DNA of 64,000 bases. Source: Marsupella aquatica. Its lineage: Eukaryota; Plantae; Marchantiophyta. Below, in pieces: positions 10,445 through 24,065 of this stretch. The notes below the pieces were generated by a model. It was not told where the DNA came from. It made no database searches and worked only from the letters and a program-made list of their open reading frames with translations. Position 1 is the first letter of the stretch. Every line of letters starts with the position of its first letter. Position numbers and translations under genes: made by a program. The DNA lies in NCBI GenBank assembly GCA_973895155.1, contig OZ316897.1, positions 18,987,111 to 19,051,110 of the forward strand, given 5' to 3'.

Positions 10445-11050
10445 GACCACACCCTCATAAATTGTCTTTGGAAATCCATAAGTCGAGACACGACCCAAGG
10501 CCGGAGCGATTTTGCAAGCTTCGTGATTGGGGACTGTTACGAAGACGAGCATTACTCCTCTGTGAAAGCACTTTAAATGACAAGGCTACGGTAGGGCTAG
10601 ATCATATTGTCACCACTTGGTCAATAAATCGCATCAATCAGTTTCACCGTTTACTTCTCAACCTGATCACAAATTCGTTGCTGATCACATTGGGCCCTAT
10701 AGTTCATGTTACCAGATCAAATATCTAGAGGTCACTACATTTGAGATCCAGTTTGCATTGTTTCCATGTTTGCTGACTTGCTTTGCTGGATTCTGGGCCC
10801 TCTTTCTGGATCTCCGAGGACATTTGAAATTGAAATTTCTGATAAGGTCGAGAAATAAGCATTTCGAGGCTCCAACCAGAGAACAAAACGGAAAAGATGG
10901 CTAAAACGTAGAAATGTTGAAAAGCATTGCTCCGTGAGGACTTATCCAAACATTGTCATGTTCGGGCTCATTTTAAAGCCCTTGGGGAGCCCCATCCAAG
11001 TTTGCAGTTTTCTGTTCAAATAGAAGTCTTGACCAAACATCCTTCTGTGG

Positions 11051-11566
11051 AGAAAAAGCTTGTACTTCAAATCAACAAAGAGAGCACATGCCCAGAGGAT
11101 CAACCAGGAAGCCGAGGAGAAAACATGGAGAAGCTTGTACTTCAAATCAACAAAGAGAGCACATACCCAGAGGATCAACCAGGAAGCCGAGGAGAAAACA
11201 TGGAGAAACCAAATATGGATAAAATCAGGACAATGGTTTATGTTTGGAAAGTAACAAAACTTCAAACTGTGGTTGCTAGCCTTATTTAGAACTAATTCAA
11301 ATGCTATCAAGCTTGTACTCATTTTCAACGGTTGCTTTACCTAGAACTAATTCAAATGCTATCAAGTTTGTACACATTTTCAACTAAGGACTGACAGCAT
11401 CGATTCATGTAAAACTACTCAACAAATCCAACGTGACTAGGGTCGTTGTTGACGTGCTTGCAGCGGCTGAAGGTAAGCCTGCACAAATTCATCTTCAGCA
11501 TCCATAGTTGCTGTCGTGCTTGCAGCGGCTGAAGGTAAACTGCACAAATTCATCTTTAGCATCCAT
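11051..11566. repeat. Cluster of three short tandem duplications (~75, ~55 and ~63 bp)
   Basis: Direct duplications at ~11051-11207, ~11287-11383 and ~11447-11566. Confidence 0.8.
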
Positions 11567-12849
11567 GGAACGAGCACAAGTAGGCACACACTAGCTAAGG
11601 GAAACAATCATGTACCTTCACTAATACCAAGCCATTTGTAAGCCGGCTTCCCGTTCTCGATAATATGAGTCTGCAATAATATAAAGGAGCAAAATTACAT
11701 TTTGTTTGCTTGCAAAACATACATTCCGAGCATGCAATTCCAAAATGGCAGGGTTGGGAATTCCGTTGGGGCATACAGGAGTTTACCTTCTCAATAAGTT
11801 GCAAAGTTGATAGAATGCTGACAGTGTCATACAGACGCCTTTTTATAGCTGTGACAACAACACATCAAAAGGACGTTCATTAGATGATGACACACGATTC
11901 GCACGACGCACAGGTGGATGATTGTAAATGACCTTGAAGGGGGACTAAAGCAATTTCAAACAACTACACGACTCTTTCTTTGTAGACATGTCATATTTTT
12001 GCCACTCAAGTTTTGCAGAACGTACTTTTCTCCTTGAAAGGGTCGATCCAGTCAGCTACAATTTTAGCAGCTTCCTCCTGAGAAAAAAATTGGGTCTGCC
12101 AACCAACCAAAAATTTAAACTGAGATCCACATCCAGAACTGAAAATGGACAGATATGATCAACCGAATTAGACCGAAACACAGCGTGCAAATTAAGTTTG
12201 GATACGAGTGATACCTCGGATACAAGGAAGATGGAGTTGTACAAATTTCCGGGTGATAAGGCCCAATGACATTTCCAGTGGGCAATCTGAAAGTGGGTAA
12301 TATGTTAAAAAACCTTTAGATCATTGCAATAACAAGAGTTGGTTCTACACAACACTCCATTCGCTTCAAGGACATCCAAGTAATGATTGTTTTGTAGATC
12401 AGTTATAAATACCTGGGGTTCTGGTAAAGAACATACCTTCATTCTCTTCAGACATGGGGTTCCCTTGATTCTATTGGACTGAAGACTGGTCCATCGATCC
12501 AAATAGCTGGTCCATCGACGAGTTAATTCTATTGGACTGAAGACTTTAAAAAAATTGTTGACGATAAAACTTGCGCGTTTTAATTCAATTTTGATAATCA
12601 TATTAAGTATAGAGGTTAGGGGTTAAAACCTAATAAAAAATTTACAGTATTATTTACTTGAAAATTTCAAGCGTGATATGTGACCTCCAACTTAAGATAT
12701 ATATTGCTTGAGAACTTTGCGGTTGATATAGGACCTCCCGTGGAGTGAGGCCCCGAGGCACTACCTCCGTGTACAAACTAAGGGCCTTGTAAAAAACTTA
12801 AGATGGTTCTAAGTGCTCACGGTCGCAATATTTATGCTCCTGACGATCT

Positions 12850-13304
12850 TTGCAAAACTGGTTTGAGCAAGATAATTGCTTGAATGAGGTACTTGGTCGG
12901 ATCAAATAAAGGATCTACTTGGTGCAAGCCTTCCGTGCACTGCACCCATTCCATACAAGATCACTGCCAGCTAGTATCTACAATGGCGGTAAATTTTACT
13001 GGTGGTGTCCTAATGAACTTGTCATGACGTACTCGCCAGATGCGGCATACACTTGGGGATCCAGCACCACCGAAGAGAAAGCAACCTCTGAGGCTTCTGC
13101 TGTCGAGCCTTCTAAGTTCGCTCTGCTAGACTGTGGAGCTCGGGATCTCTCAGAGGAGATAGATCATATCCCTGTGGAGAAACTTTACGTGGAACCTCCC
13201 TAGCCTGAATCAAGCTCACCCAAAAGAGTGCCACTGGTGAACCCGGCAAGAAATGTGCTCAGAAGAACCAAACAGCAAACGATCTTCGCAAAATTGGATG
13301 CCAT
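12850..13304 (-). pseudogene. Truncated aspartic protease pseudogene, paralogue of 16564-17949
   Basis: Begins MASNFAKIVCCLVLLS (intact gene: MAYNVAKIVCCVVLLS). Nucleotide similarity continues through the EYVMT and DTGSDL regions, with a stop and indels. The 3' two-thirds are absent. Confidence 0.85.
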
Positions 13305-13944
13305 GCATGCTCAGACCGTGGAATCCACGCACGTGAAATCCGAGCTGGTTAAAGTGTCCCTGAACGTGAACTGGACAACTTGTGGGAAGGAAGGCCGCCA
13401 CGCATCTCTCCTCGCTCCGTATGGGCCTTCTTTCGTAGAGGCAGAGAAGTTTGCGGAATTATCTTATTTACGCGAACGAAGTGCTATAGGTGTCCTGAGC
13501 TATACAGACACTGGCATCCAACACAAACCGGCAGATGGAAAGGAAAACTTACTGAGAAAGCAGAGAACGAGTCATAGTTTGAAAGGAAAACATAGTGATC
13601 ATAAAATGGAAAATTCCACCACATATATAGTCAAATGGAAACGGAGTAATGATGGAAAGGACATGCAGCTCCTGTAACTGGGTCCTGAAGCAGCTAATTG
13701 AAACAAACAAAAACTAACGGCAAGAAAGAAGGTGCGGGTCCTCACGTACATTGCTGCGACTCACCGTGAGTGGTAATTCGCATGATTATCAGGGTCGGTG
13801 CAAAATGCTGTCATATTTAACGCGATACCTTAAAGATTTACACAGGTTTGCGAGGCACAATTCAAACTAGGAACAATTCTAATTTCAATGAATACACTTA
13901 CTTTATCTATGCATCCCATGTTAGACCTGGCAAACCTGGCCTAT

Positions 13945-14480
13945 CAAAATATTAGACCCGCGCATAGCGCATAGCTGTTAAAGAAGAGACCCTGGTCTGT
14001 TCTGGTTTGTTCTGGGCTGGTGTATTGAAATATTAGACCCGCCCAGGGTGGAACAGAGACTCTAGTCTGCTGATGTGTATGTTTGCCACATCCAATAATC
14101 ATTGTCCTTTGTAATCAAACGTAAACTTGTACGCCTTCCGTCCCCACATCTAAATATTAAACCTTATCAGTCGTGTCTGACGACGACCTCGCCAATCCAA
14201 ATATTGGACCCGCGCATACCTGGATGAAAAGAGACCCGTTGATGTCTACGTTTGCCACCTCGAAACATCATTTTAATCAAACCGATGCTTGTAGATCCTT
14301 GTGTCCCCACATATTAAACCTTATCAGTCACTCCAGTACGTCGGCTGATGAGCTGGTCCATCGATCCAAATATTGGACCCAAGCATACCTGGATGAAAAG
14401 AGACCCGTTTGTCACATCCGAACATTATGCTTTGTAATTAAAGCTAAGCAAGTACGCCCTTCTGTCCCCACATATATCCG
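13945..14480 (+). repeat. Degenerate repeat array (AAATATT[A/G]GACCC... units)
   Basis: Four related units at ~13946, ~14028, ~14199 and ~14368, each followed by AGAGAC[CT]C. Confidence 0.65.
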
Positions 14481-16563
14481 AGTATTCAATCTTAACTGTC
14501 TTAATATACACATCATCAGGATTGGGTCAAACGTGTAAAATACTGCTACAGATTCCCGGGTTCGCCAACATGAAACCCAGAACAACGCAGCTTGGCTTGT
14601 ACATATCAATAATAATCCAAGCATCTTTCTGGAAACACTGTCTAGCTTTCCACATTAATTGTTTCAGAAGTAAATTTAAAATCTGAACAATCGCTACACT
14701 CCTGCCTACGCCATCTCCTCGAAAACATTTGTGAAGTTCAGCGGAAGTACGATTGAAATGACGAATGTATGTCTTTCAGTTCATCAATTCCAAATGTCTG
14801 CTGGATATGAGAGCCGAGCTATCTTTACAGCGTTACGGGCTCCGCAGCTCCTACAGAGTGCGGAGATCGTGGGGCAATACTAAATCGTAGCCATGCTTGT
14901 TGGATTTTACAGTGATTGCAATCTGGTAACTGGATCCAGCTTTCCCCTTTTCGTGACCTAATGTCTTCTTCGTCCAGAATGAAATTGAGAATGCTGAGCT
15001 TGACATTCACCTTCTAATGAAGTAACCCGCATGATCCCGTTCCATCTACAACTTACTCTCAACAACTAGACCTTGAGAAGAAAAATTACACATCGTACCA
15101 AAACAATCCCATTGTCTCCCATTTCAAACCACTGCATCTAGACAAGAAAAATGTATGTGAAACACAACTTCGATAGAATTTAGCTCAATTGCACCAATTA
15201 ATTAGTATAATACCATTATTTTGCGGGATGATGTTTCTTGGCTTTATTGACAAAGGAATTCGCTTCTTCGTAATTTGTCAAACTGTTCGAAAATAAGGAG
15301 GACATGTGGTAACCTTACCAACCAGACTGCTTCCATGAATATAAAAGAGGATCCATGAGAGGAATGAAATCTTACCGATTAGTACGTACGTAGTCGCAAC
15401 ATATATCCATCCATATCCATAAACTCATATTACAGTATTGATCTGGAAGGCTAGAAGCGACTAATTGTTAACTGTCACCAGTTGTTTAAACATCTGTCTC
15501 GTTTCCAGTCGAAATGATTAGATTGCCTACTTTTCTCCCTTCCATAGACAGTTTTGATAGTCAGAGAGCATGTAGGCTTCCAAGTACGCCGGATGGCAAT
15601 TTCCTTTCAGTCTTACATGGAGAGCTGTGAATTCCGGAGCCTCGCTTCATTGCCGGGACCCCGGGTTTGTATTCATTTCGAAGACATCGATAAAACGTTT
15701 TATTTTTACAGACTGGCATCCATAAGTAAACAATCCGGAAGATCGAAAGCAAAGCCAACTAATGACAAAAAGGAAGGGAAGCAGATTGAAAGGAAAGCAG
15801 ACTGATCATGACGAGAATGCCAAGTGTATCAATACGAAAGCCTCAAACTAATGATGAGACAAAGGAAAATGGGTCCCTGTTGTGCCGTGCAGCAACTACT
15901 TGAAACAAAGGTCACACACTAAAGACAAAACGGAACCTGTGCAGCTCCTCAGATCCACGATGATGAGCCGCACAGCTACACATTATCAAGGTGCATATTG
16001 ATGCTGAATGCATGTCTTATTTAAACGATAAATAGGTTATCGCATAAGAAGCTCGCATAGACTCTCTGGCCATTAAAAGACCTTGAAAATGCACTTCTCT
16101 TATTTCTGAAAACCTACTGCTCCATCGTGTCGAGTGATTTTCGAGGTCTTATAGTGAACACCACTTGGCAAGGTAGATAAGAACCTAAAATGATCTAATG
16201 TGATATGTTTGCCTTTTGTTCGACAGGCCTGTGATGTGTGAGAGAACTGGTTCTAAAATTCAATCGAGTTGAAAATTAAAGGAAATAATGTCTTCCAAGA
16301 AAGGAAAAATAAGTACAATAGTCAGTCATCGAATTTATTTAGCATCTCGCGAACAGATCATGCCGAGAGTACATGCGTCTAAAACAAGCTCGAACTCTAA
16401 GTGTATCCAGCACTTGAGACGTCTATATACAGCGAAAGTGCCGTTCTTATGAAACAAAACCACATTTTTGAAACTAAGTTTTATTGCCTCTTTCGCGGAT
16501 TTCCTTTAGAGCAACGCAGCGCAACTCTTTTATATGAAAGGACATGAGTACCTATGTACTAGT

Positions 16564-17949
16564 TTATAGAGTAGCACATCTCTTCTCCTTAAATCCCAGT
16601 CGGGAGCCTTCTAGGTCGAAAAGAACCTGGAAATTCTGTTGCTGATAGTTCCCAATAATGCCGAAGATTCCACTTGATGCGGCCATCGCTAAACAAGAAA
16701 GAGAACTCTCCTCCAAGTCGACTTGAAGAAAAACATTTTCCGTGGGCAATCGCCAAGTTGCTGAGCCTCTAAAGCGGAACGCAACAGTCGGAAACGTTGG
16801 CTTAACGATTCCAGTGACATCAAAACAAAGGTCCAGGCCTATTGAAGTTGTGTTTTGGACTATAGAGTAAGGAACAGTTCTCCAAATGTGCTGCAGGACT
16901 GCATCATATGCTGTTTGCGGCAGTAAAGTGATGGTAGTTCCGGAATCTATAATGGTTCCCCCATTGCCCCACCTGTCAATAGAAAAGGTCTCCGGATCAA
17001 TGTTCAACTTATGGCCCCCCACCCTGATACTCTTGAGCTGAGCGTAGTAGAAAGTAGGATTGAAATCGTTGGGAATCAGCGGAGTAAATTGGAATGTCGA
17101 GAGGTCTTCGTTCGGGTCTTTCCCAATGAACAGAGAGCTTGACTGGTTTGTAGCACTTCCAAAGTCCCCTAAACAGTAAGAAAACTCCCTTCCAACTTGA
17201 GATCCAAGCTGTGAGGTCAGGGAAAGGGGACCCTTACCAAAGCCGATAACGCCATCAACTCCAGAAAAGTACCCCGCGTCGCTAAAGCCACAACCAAAAG
17301 CCATATCTTCCAGAGGATAACCACGCCCTTCTGAAGTAGTAAAAATCGCTGTCTCAGATGAAAGAAAACCCTCGGTGTAGGACCCGTCTCCGTAGCTGTA
17401 GAGATAAGTACAACTTGAGTTGCATGGCTGCTGCAGAACTTTGCAAAACTTGTTCGAGCAAGACAGTCGCTTGAATGACTCCGACTTTGTTGGATCAAAC
17501 AAAGGATCTACTTGTTGCAAGCATTTCCGGCACCGTTTGCACTGCAACCATATCAGATCACTCCCAGTGTCGACAATGGCTGTGAAATTTACTGGTGGTG
17601 TTCCCAATGAACCTGTCATGACGTACTCGGCGTCACCAGCATACACTGGGGCATCCACCACAGCGGCATTTGAGGATGCAATTTCTGACGTTTGTCCCCA
17701 AAACTTTTGTAACTTGGCAAGTCTATGACTTGAGGCATGGCTGCGTCTCACCGCTCGAACTGTTCGATCTGCCAGATTGTTGCTCACCTCGGGGTCATTA
17801 AGAGGAGACAGATAATGATCCCGATGCAGAAACTGTACGTGGATCCTTCGTGCGTCAGGCTCACCCCCAAGAGCACCTCTCGTGAACCCAACAAAACACA
17901 TGCTCAGAAGAACCACACAGCAGACTATTTTCGCAACATTGTAAGCCAT
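16564..17949 (-). CDS. Nepenthesin-like (A1B) secreted aspartic protease
   Basis: Intronless 461-aa ORF with a signal peptide, catalytic IVDTGSDLIW and IIDSGTT, a Cys-rich insert, YGDGS and IIGNYQQQNFQVLFD. Confidence 0.96.
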   Translation of the reverse strand: MAYNVAKIVCCVVLLSMCFVGFTRGALGGEPDARRIHVQFLHRDHYLSPLNDPEVSNNLADRTVRAVRRSHASSHRLAKLQKFWGQTSEIASSNAAVVDAPVYAGDAEYVMTGSLGTPPVNFTAIVDTGSDLIWLQCKRCRKCLQQVDPLFDPTKSESFKRLSCSNKFCKVLQQPCNSSCTYLYSYGDGSYTEGFLSSETAIFTTSEGRGYPLEDMAFGCGFSDAGYFSGVDGVIGFGKGPLSLTSQLGSQVGREFSYCLGDFGSATNQSSSLFIGKDPNEDLSTFQFTPLIPNDFNPTFYYAQLKSIRVGGHKLNIDPETFSIDRWGNGGTIIDSGTTITLLPQTAYDAVLQHIWRTVPYSIVQNTTSIGLDLCFDVTGIVKPTFPTVAFRFRGSATWRLPTENVFLQVDLEESSLSCLAMAASSGIFGIIGNYQQQNFQVLFDLEGSRLGFKEKRCATL

Positions 17950-19987
17950 GATCGCACAGATGATCGTCGATCGAATTCGAGCTGCTTCGCCTGTGTCTCG
18001 CTAAACTGTGAACAGAACTATAAAACGATTCATAGAACGGAAGAAATTTCCTGGCTAATAAATCTTCCAGAACAGGACTCCAGAACTGGACTCCCTCAAG
18101 AGCGAACAACCGAAACGTATAATTCCTGTCGGGGGAAGAAAGGTTATCGGGGTGTGCATAACCCTGTGCCCAGAAAAGTATTTCCAGGAAATTGTTTGCC
18201 CACAAAATATTTTCAAAGTAATTTTTTTCTATGATATTTGGGTTTAGGTTCTAGTTTGAAACTTCCCACAAAGCTCAGAAAAAATTTCCTGGTGTCAAGT
18301 TGGATTCTAGTTTAAAAGTGGGATTCTAGTTTGAAACCTGTTCACAAAGCTCATAGAAACTTCCAGGTGTCAGCATTTACTCACTTTCTGGTCAAAGGGT
18401 TACAGACCCCAAACCAAACCCTATACTTAATGACAAAAGAATGTCAAACTGCCAAATAACAACCCAAAAAACAAGAAAGTGAAGCCCAGATGGACCACTT
18501 TGTTGGGCACAAAGCTCGGTCCATTGGAATTTTGAGCTGATAACTTGATAAGTATGAAAATAATTCATTAATAGTTTTTCACCTGCAAGGCAACTAGAGA
18601 AGAAGTAGACCATAAAAACCACAAGCCCTAATATTTCATCTTAACACAATGAAAATTAACCTAATAGGATTTACTCCTCGGTAATCCCTACAGGCCACAA
18701 CTATTAACCAGGAACTAATATCAAAGTCATTTAAAAATACAATTTTGGGACCTGTCCAGGGTTTTAGAGGATTCTAATTTTATTTATTTAGTTTATCAGT
18801 TTGCTCACACATGGTTTTAGGAAGTTTTACAGTGAGTGATTCTCTAGGGTCTCACTTATAGAGGCCCCCCATCACCTGCAATGTTTTGAAGCTCAAGACC
18901 CCCTAAAATGCAAGAACTTTTAATTTTTCACCCCTCTAAAGTTGGGATATTCCAAAATTTCCAGGGGCCAAATATTCTTCAAGACTTAAAGGTTGGATTC
19001 AAAAGACCCTGACATTTTAATTTACACAAAATTACTAAGTTATCTTAGAACCAATAAAATGACCATATTTTTTGTCATAATGGATATGCCAGTTCTTTGA
19101 AAGTAAAAGCCCCGATAAGTGATTCCCTAGGGCATAGCAGTAGCAATCTTCACTGTGCCAAGTGAGATTACTCCTTTGAGACCCTGGTTAATTATCACAT
19201 CCAACACTACTCCATCCTGAATTTCAAATAAAGTTAATGATACATCTTACAATATATGTTTTAAACACACCTCTCCATACTATCCCTCCCAACCTCATAT
19301 TAACCTACTCAGCCCTTCTGCGATGCAATTGAGAAGTATTTGCTCCCGTGAGTTCTATTTTCAAAATATATAAAACACTGTCCTGGAGGATAGGTTGGGT
19401 GGGTCATGCACCCGTGTTAGAGCACTATTCATGTTGTGCCCTCGGCACTCAGCATAAAAAAAGCTTCCTCCCTTACTAACAATGAGAATATAATTATAAC
19501 TAAAGGTTACCTGGCCCTTGGTTCTTTTTACTTGCTGTGAGATTAAATCTGCACCTGATAATGAGTGGAACCAGTAGCAATTGGCTTTATTTAATTCAAA
19601 CCATGGCAATATTTAATTTCGAGCAGTAGTATTATTTAATTCTAGACAACTTTAGTGGCAAAGTACTTATTATAATTCCAGACAACCTTAGTGGCAAAGT
19701 AGTTAAAAACAGCTTCCACCAAAATTTATGAATCAGTACAACCAAAAGAAAAGGAAAAAAAAAGGCCCAAGAGGACACACCAAACAAGGAAAATGAAAAG
19801 CAAGTCCTTAAAAAAATAAATTTAACAATGATACCCATATTTCCAAACGTTTAGGCATTTTAAGGTTTATGCAATTTAAAAGTTGTTGGAAAAAACAATG
19901 CTACACATATTTCCAAACGGTTTAGGCATTTATTTAGCCACAAGCCCTAAGTATGCCAATGGATTGCACTATGCAAGCGAGTCCGGG

Positions 19988-20152
19988 CCAGGGCATTTAT
20001 GGGGCAGCCGAAAACACATATGAAGTAGGGGTGCATATTTTTCTTATCAAGGTCAGGGAAAACAGTTAATCAGGGCATTTATGGGGCAACAGAAAACACA
20101 TATGAAGTAGGGGTGCATATTTTTCTTATCAACCGTCAGGAAAACAGTTAAT
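19988..20152 (+). repeat. ~82-bp tandem duplication
   Basis: CAGGGCATTTATGGGGCA...AACAGTTAATC occurs twice. Confidence 0.85.
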
Positions 20153-21062
20153 CTAATCTAACTATTGTGCATCTTTTCCGCCCATAATTGTTTTTTTTTA
20201 TATATATATTAGGAGGAAAGAGTAAAAAAGGAGGGATCCTTTATTGCTCGTAGAAGAAGATATTCAAAAGATTTGTTTTTGCCCTCTAATGTGTCCTTAG
20301 AACCTTGAGAACAGGAAGTGTCCCTCCGACTTGAAAGAAAGTCTGAAAAGTCACGAGTGCGCCGACGTTCTTCCCTCTCGAGCTCCCTCCGCGTCCTCCA
20401 CTCGTCCCCGCATCGGCGCATCGCATCGACCCTCATTCTTGCGTCAGCGGTTCTTCACTTTCACGCAACGCAACGCGCTTGTTGTCACTGCCGATTGCAT
20501 GCTGCAATTTCCCAATCTTGCGAAGCTTCTCGTTCCAACACCCACCCCTTCTCGAGAAACGTCCCACGACGACTGAACAGCTCGTTGACCTCTCAGGTCA
20601 CTCCTGCTTTTCTACGATTAAATTGCAATCCAGGTCGAGAGCCGTGGGTTTGAGTGTTGGAGGCTGCGATTTCCGGACCCTGAGAAGCTTCTCGTTGCGG
20701 GACCTTCTTGAGAAACGGCCGAGGACTCCACTTCAGTTTGTTTATGGAGCTCACTCCTGCTCCTCGGATAAATCCCAGTCCAGGGGGCGAGTCGGGGCTT
20801 TGTTTCTTTTTGTAGAGGCATACACACTGCGGTTTGTGACCTCTTGCTCAAGGCACTCGATTGTCCTCTCGCACGTTGCGGTTCATAATCCCTTCTCTCG
20901 TGGCGAGCTATTATCAGCTGTGGAATTGGTATCCGTCCGCAGGGTTTAAGCTTCTTTGTGAGTCTTTGGGAAAGACTGAGTGAGCATCGACTGTGACAAT
21001 CGTCTGGAGCCGCTTCTTTCGGTGAGAAAAAGGAGGGAGGAGAGAAGAGGCGAGAGAGCCAA

Positions 21063-21395
21063 ATGGCGAAGCATCATCCCGATTTGATCATGTGCAGGAA
21101 GCAACCCGGGATTGCAATCGGCCGTCTCTGCGAGAAGTGCGACGGAAAGTGTGTCATCTGCGATTCGTACGTGCGGCCGTGCACACTCGTTAGGGTTTGC
21201 GATGAGTGCAACTATGGCTCGTATCAGGGCAGATGCGTCATTTGCGGAGGGCTGGGCATATCCGACGCTTACTATTGCAAAGAATGCACGGAGCAGGAGA
21301 AGGACAGGGACGGTTGCCCTAAAATCGTCAACCTCGGAAGCGCCAAAACGGACTTGTTCTATGAACGAAAGAAATACGGTTTTAAAAAGAGATAG
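21063..21395 (+). CDS. PHF5A: PHD finger-like domain-containing protein 5A (SF3b subunit, Rds3 homologue)
   Basis: 110-aa sequence [39 protein letters not shown]...[11 protein letters not shown], the near-invariant family sequence. Confidence 0.99.
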   Translation: MAKHHPDLIMCRKQPGIAIGRLCEKCDGKCVICDSYVRPCTLVRVCDECNYGSYQGRCVICGGLGISDAYYCKECTEQEKDRDGCPKIVNLGSAKTDLFYERKKYGFKKR

Positions 21396-24065
21396 CATTT
21401 GTGGAACAGAATGAGGAATGGAGGAGACGTCAGCTCAATTTTGGTAGTGTAGACTGGTTGGATCAAAGGAAATAAACCCTCCACGGGCGGCATGAAAAAT
21501 TGGTTACAGAGACACAGTGTGTCCTCTAGGATGGAAGTTTGTTCTACAAGTGGGTGCCGCAGACCTCAAAAGATTTTCGGGGTGCTCTCGGATTGTTGAG
21601 CTGGGCCGTTGCTAGGAGTATTCCTCATTGGCGAAGAAACGGGGGAGTGATTGGAGCGATGAGAAAGATTAGGTTTCTGTCAGCCCACAGGACATCCCCG
21701 TCAGCTGGCTAAGATTACTGCATCTGCTTCAGGACGACGATTCTTGCGAATTCCCTCAACAAAAAGCTACTTGGTTCAAGGTTTTAGAATTAATACTCAG
21801 TTTGAGTTAGGATTCTGGAGGGGGTTTCGTTGTGGACATTTGTTCAGTTGGCCAATCCTTCGGTGACTAGTTGCGGATGAGCTGTGCGCGGACGTTTTTG
21901 GTTCGGAAGCTGATGGCCTTTCGTGTTGTAACACCGGCTTTTTTTTTTGTCAATCTGCGCAATTTCGTACTCAATTTTCAGCTCCAATCTCGTCCCAGGT
22001 TTGACTGCTCTCTTTCTCCTTGTCATGGAATTTGTTTGATATCGCCAAGCTTACCAGGAATTCTAGAGAGCTTGCTGGGATTCTTGGTGAGACATCTGCA
22101 ATCGAAGTTGCAGATTTAATATCTACTTTGAGCGAGCGAAATCCGGGCTTTCGTATCTGTTTAATCTCCGGACGCAATTTGGGATTAGTTTGTTGACATT
22201 TTGGATGAAGCTGAAGTTCTTGGTTTGGTCATCCATTTACTTGTTCACATGACCAATCCTTAACAACTCTTCAAATGTATCTTCGTTTTAGAAAATTTGT
22301 GTGGCTTCAGGCTTGAGAGTCTAAGTGAACCCTAAACCGCCACGCGGGACTATGGACTTAGCCATTGTAAAACATGTGAGTGGAGTTTCTAGAATTTGGC
22401 CTTGAAATGTTTCAATTAGAGACGTTCAGAGGAATATGAACTTAGGGACTGCAGTATTCTCGAAGGCCCGAGGAGTACTCAGCTATCTGCCCAGAAATAT
22501 CCACAAAAAACAAAGAGCTTCCGAGAACTGTAAGTCTCTCAAGATTCCATCAGCAGTCATTGACAACACACAAGGTCGCAAACTGGTAGAGCAGAGTTGG
22601 TGGAGGATGATAGCCTCGGCGCTGTCCATAAAATATCATCAATCACTAAACATACAGCGACTTGTAGATGACCACAACAACACCCGAGCTTCCCTGTACA
22701 AGAAGACAGAGGACCTCAATATTGTCGGTAGCAAGACAAGCATTGCAGACAGTTAAGAAACCTGTGTCTTCAGGAAAGTTGGAGTTAGAGGAGCTCCGAG
22801 CCAAGCATCGGGTGCAAATATCTTTGGTTCTACCAAAAGTATGAAGTAAAAACATTCTTCCTATGTTGTTGGGCAGGGAATAGTTTGAACGAATTTCAAC
22901 CGTCAGGAAATATATGCTCAAGTTGGATTGCACATAACAAGCTTCGTTGCCCGTTGTGCTTCTTTCAGTTTAACTTGAAACTTCACTAGTACTGATGTTC
23001 GTTTTCAGTCACTTCAAGTGTAGATTGCGCGTATTGATATGTTACCTCTTGCAATGTATTATAACGTTTACACAGCCTCACAAACTTGAAGTACAAAATG
23101 TTGGGTGAACAAAAGTGCTAACTCATTTTTTAGGTAGGGAATCGCGCCAGCTATCTGCTTGAACTTTTATTAGAACCACTGCAAACTTCCTTTTCACTAT
23201 GCTTGTAATCTATCAACGAGGATGGGAATCATGAATCTTACCGCTCTAAGTGCTTCTTAACTCGTCACGGATTGTCCTCTCACTCTGCCAGCAGAAAATC
23301 AGAATGGATGGAATGGAAATGTTTTGCTAAAACTTATGATGTCCCTCTTCTGCTTCAAATGTGCGTCTCCAGAATTTCTTGCCCTCTTGTACGCAGTCGA
23401 TGTGCAGGAATCTCTAGAATTCTCTCTATGTTCACAGGGGCTTGCCTGCAACACTCTCCTGGCAAGTAGGCGGTATCAACTGTCACATGACCAAGAAACC
23501 AAGTTTCCCGACAAGGAACAGGGACGGATGCTGTCCATTCAATCTCTCCGCTACCAAGACATGTAAAAGAACCCAATGCACACATCGTAGGTTTCAAGTC
23601 AAATCTTCGACTGACCAGATCATTCAAGTAGAGTCCCTGGTAGCAGGTCACGAAATTTCTCTGGGGAATCATTCAGTCGGTAAGAAAATCTGTCAAGTTT
23701 GGTCAACGCTCTCGGTAAGAAAGACTGTCAAGTTTGGTCAACGTACTGGCAAAACACATTTACTACAAAAGGCGATAGTCTGATATGTATCGTAGTTACA
23801 CTATCCACATTCCAAACAGTCAAACGACAGCTATAGTAAACCAAGTCTCCGTTCACAAACTAAAAATGCACCAAACGGTTTTCCTTTTGCGGTCGCGTAG
23901 CATTGTTCCTACCGTCCATGGATCTCAACTCCCAGCTGAAACAATCAACCACGAACGAGCCTGATCAACAGCCAGCATGTTCGGGGAAAACTGTTGCGGT
24001 GTGATAATAGAGAATGGCGACACCTTGATTGAGCGCTACTGTGAGGCCTGCAAAAGCTGAGATAT

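Noticed and set aside
10927-11328. ORFs with internal peptide repeats
   Set aside because: Produced by a 75-bp tandem duplication downstream of the Lin0512 gene; no protein signature.
20946-21414. Antisense and alternative-frame ORFs over PHF5A (likewise over the protease and the RT)
   Set aside because: Shadow ORFs of genuine coding sequence with no independent motifs.
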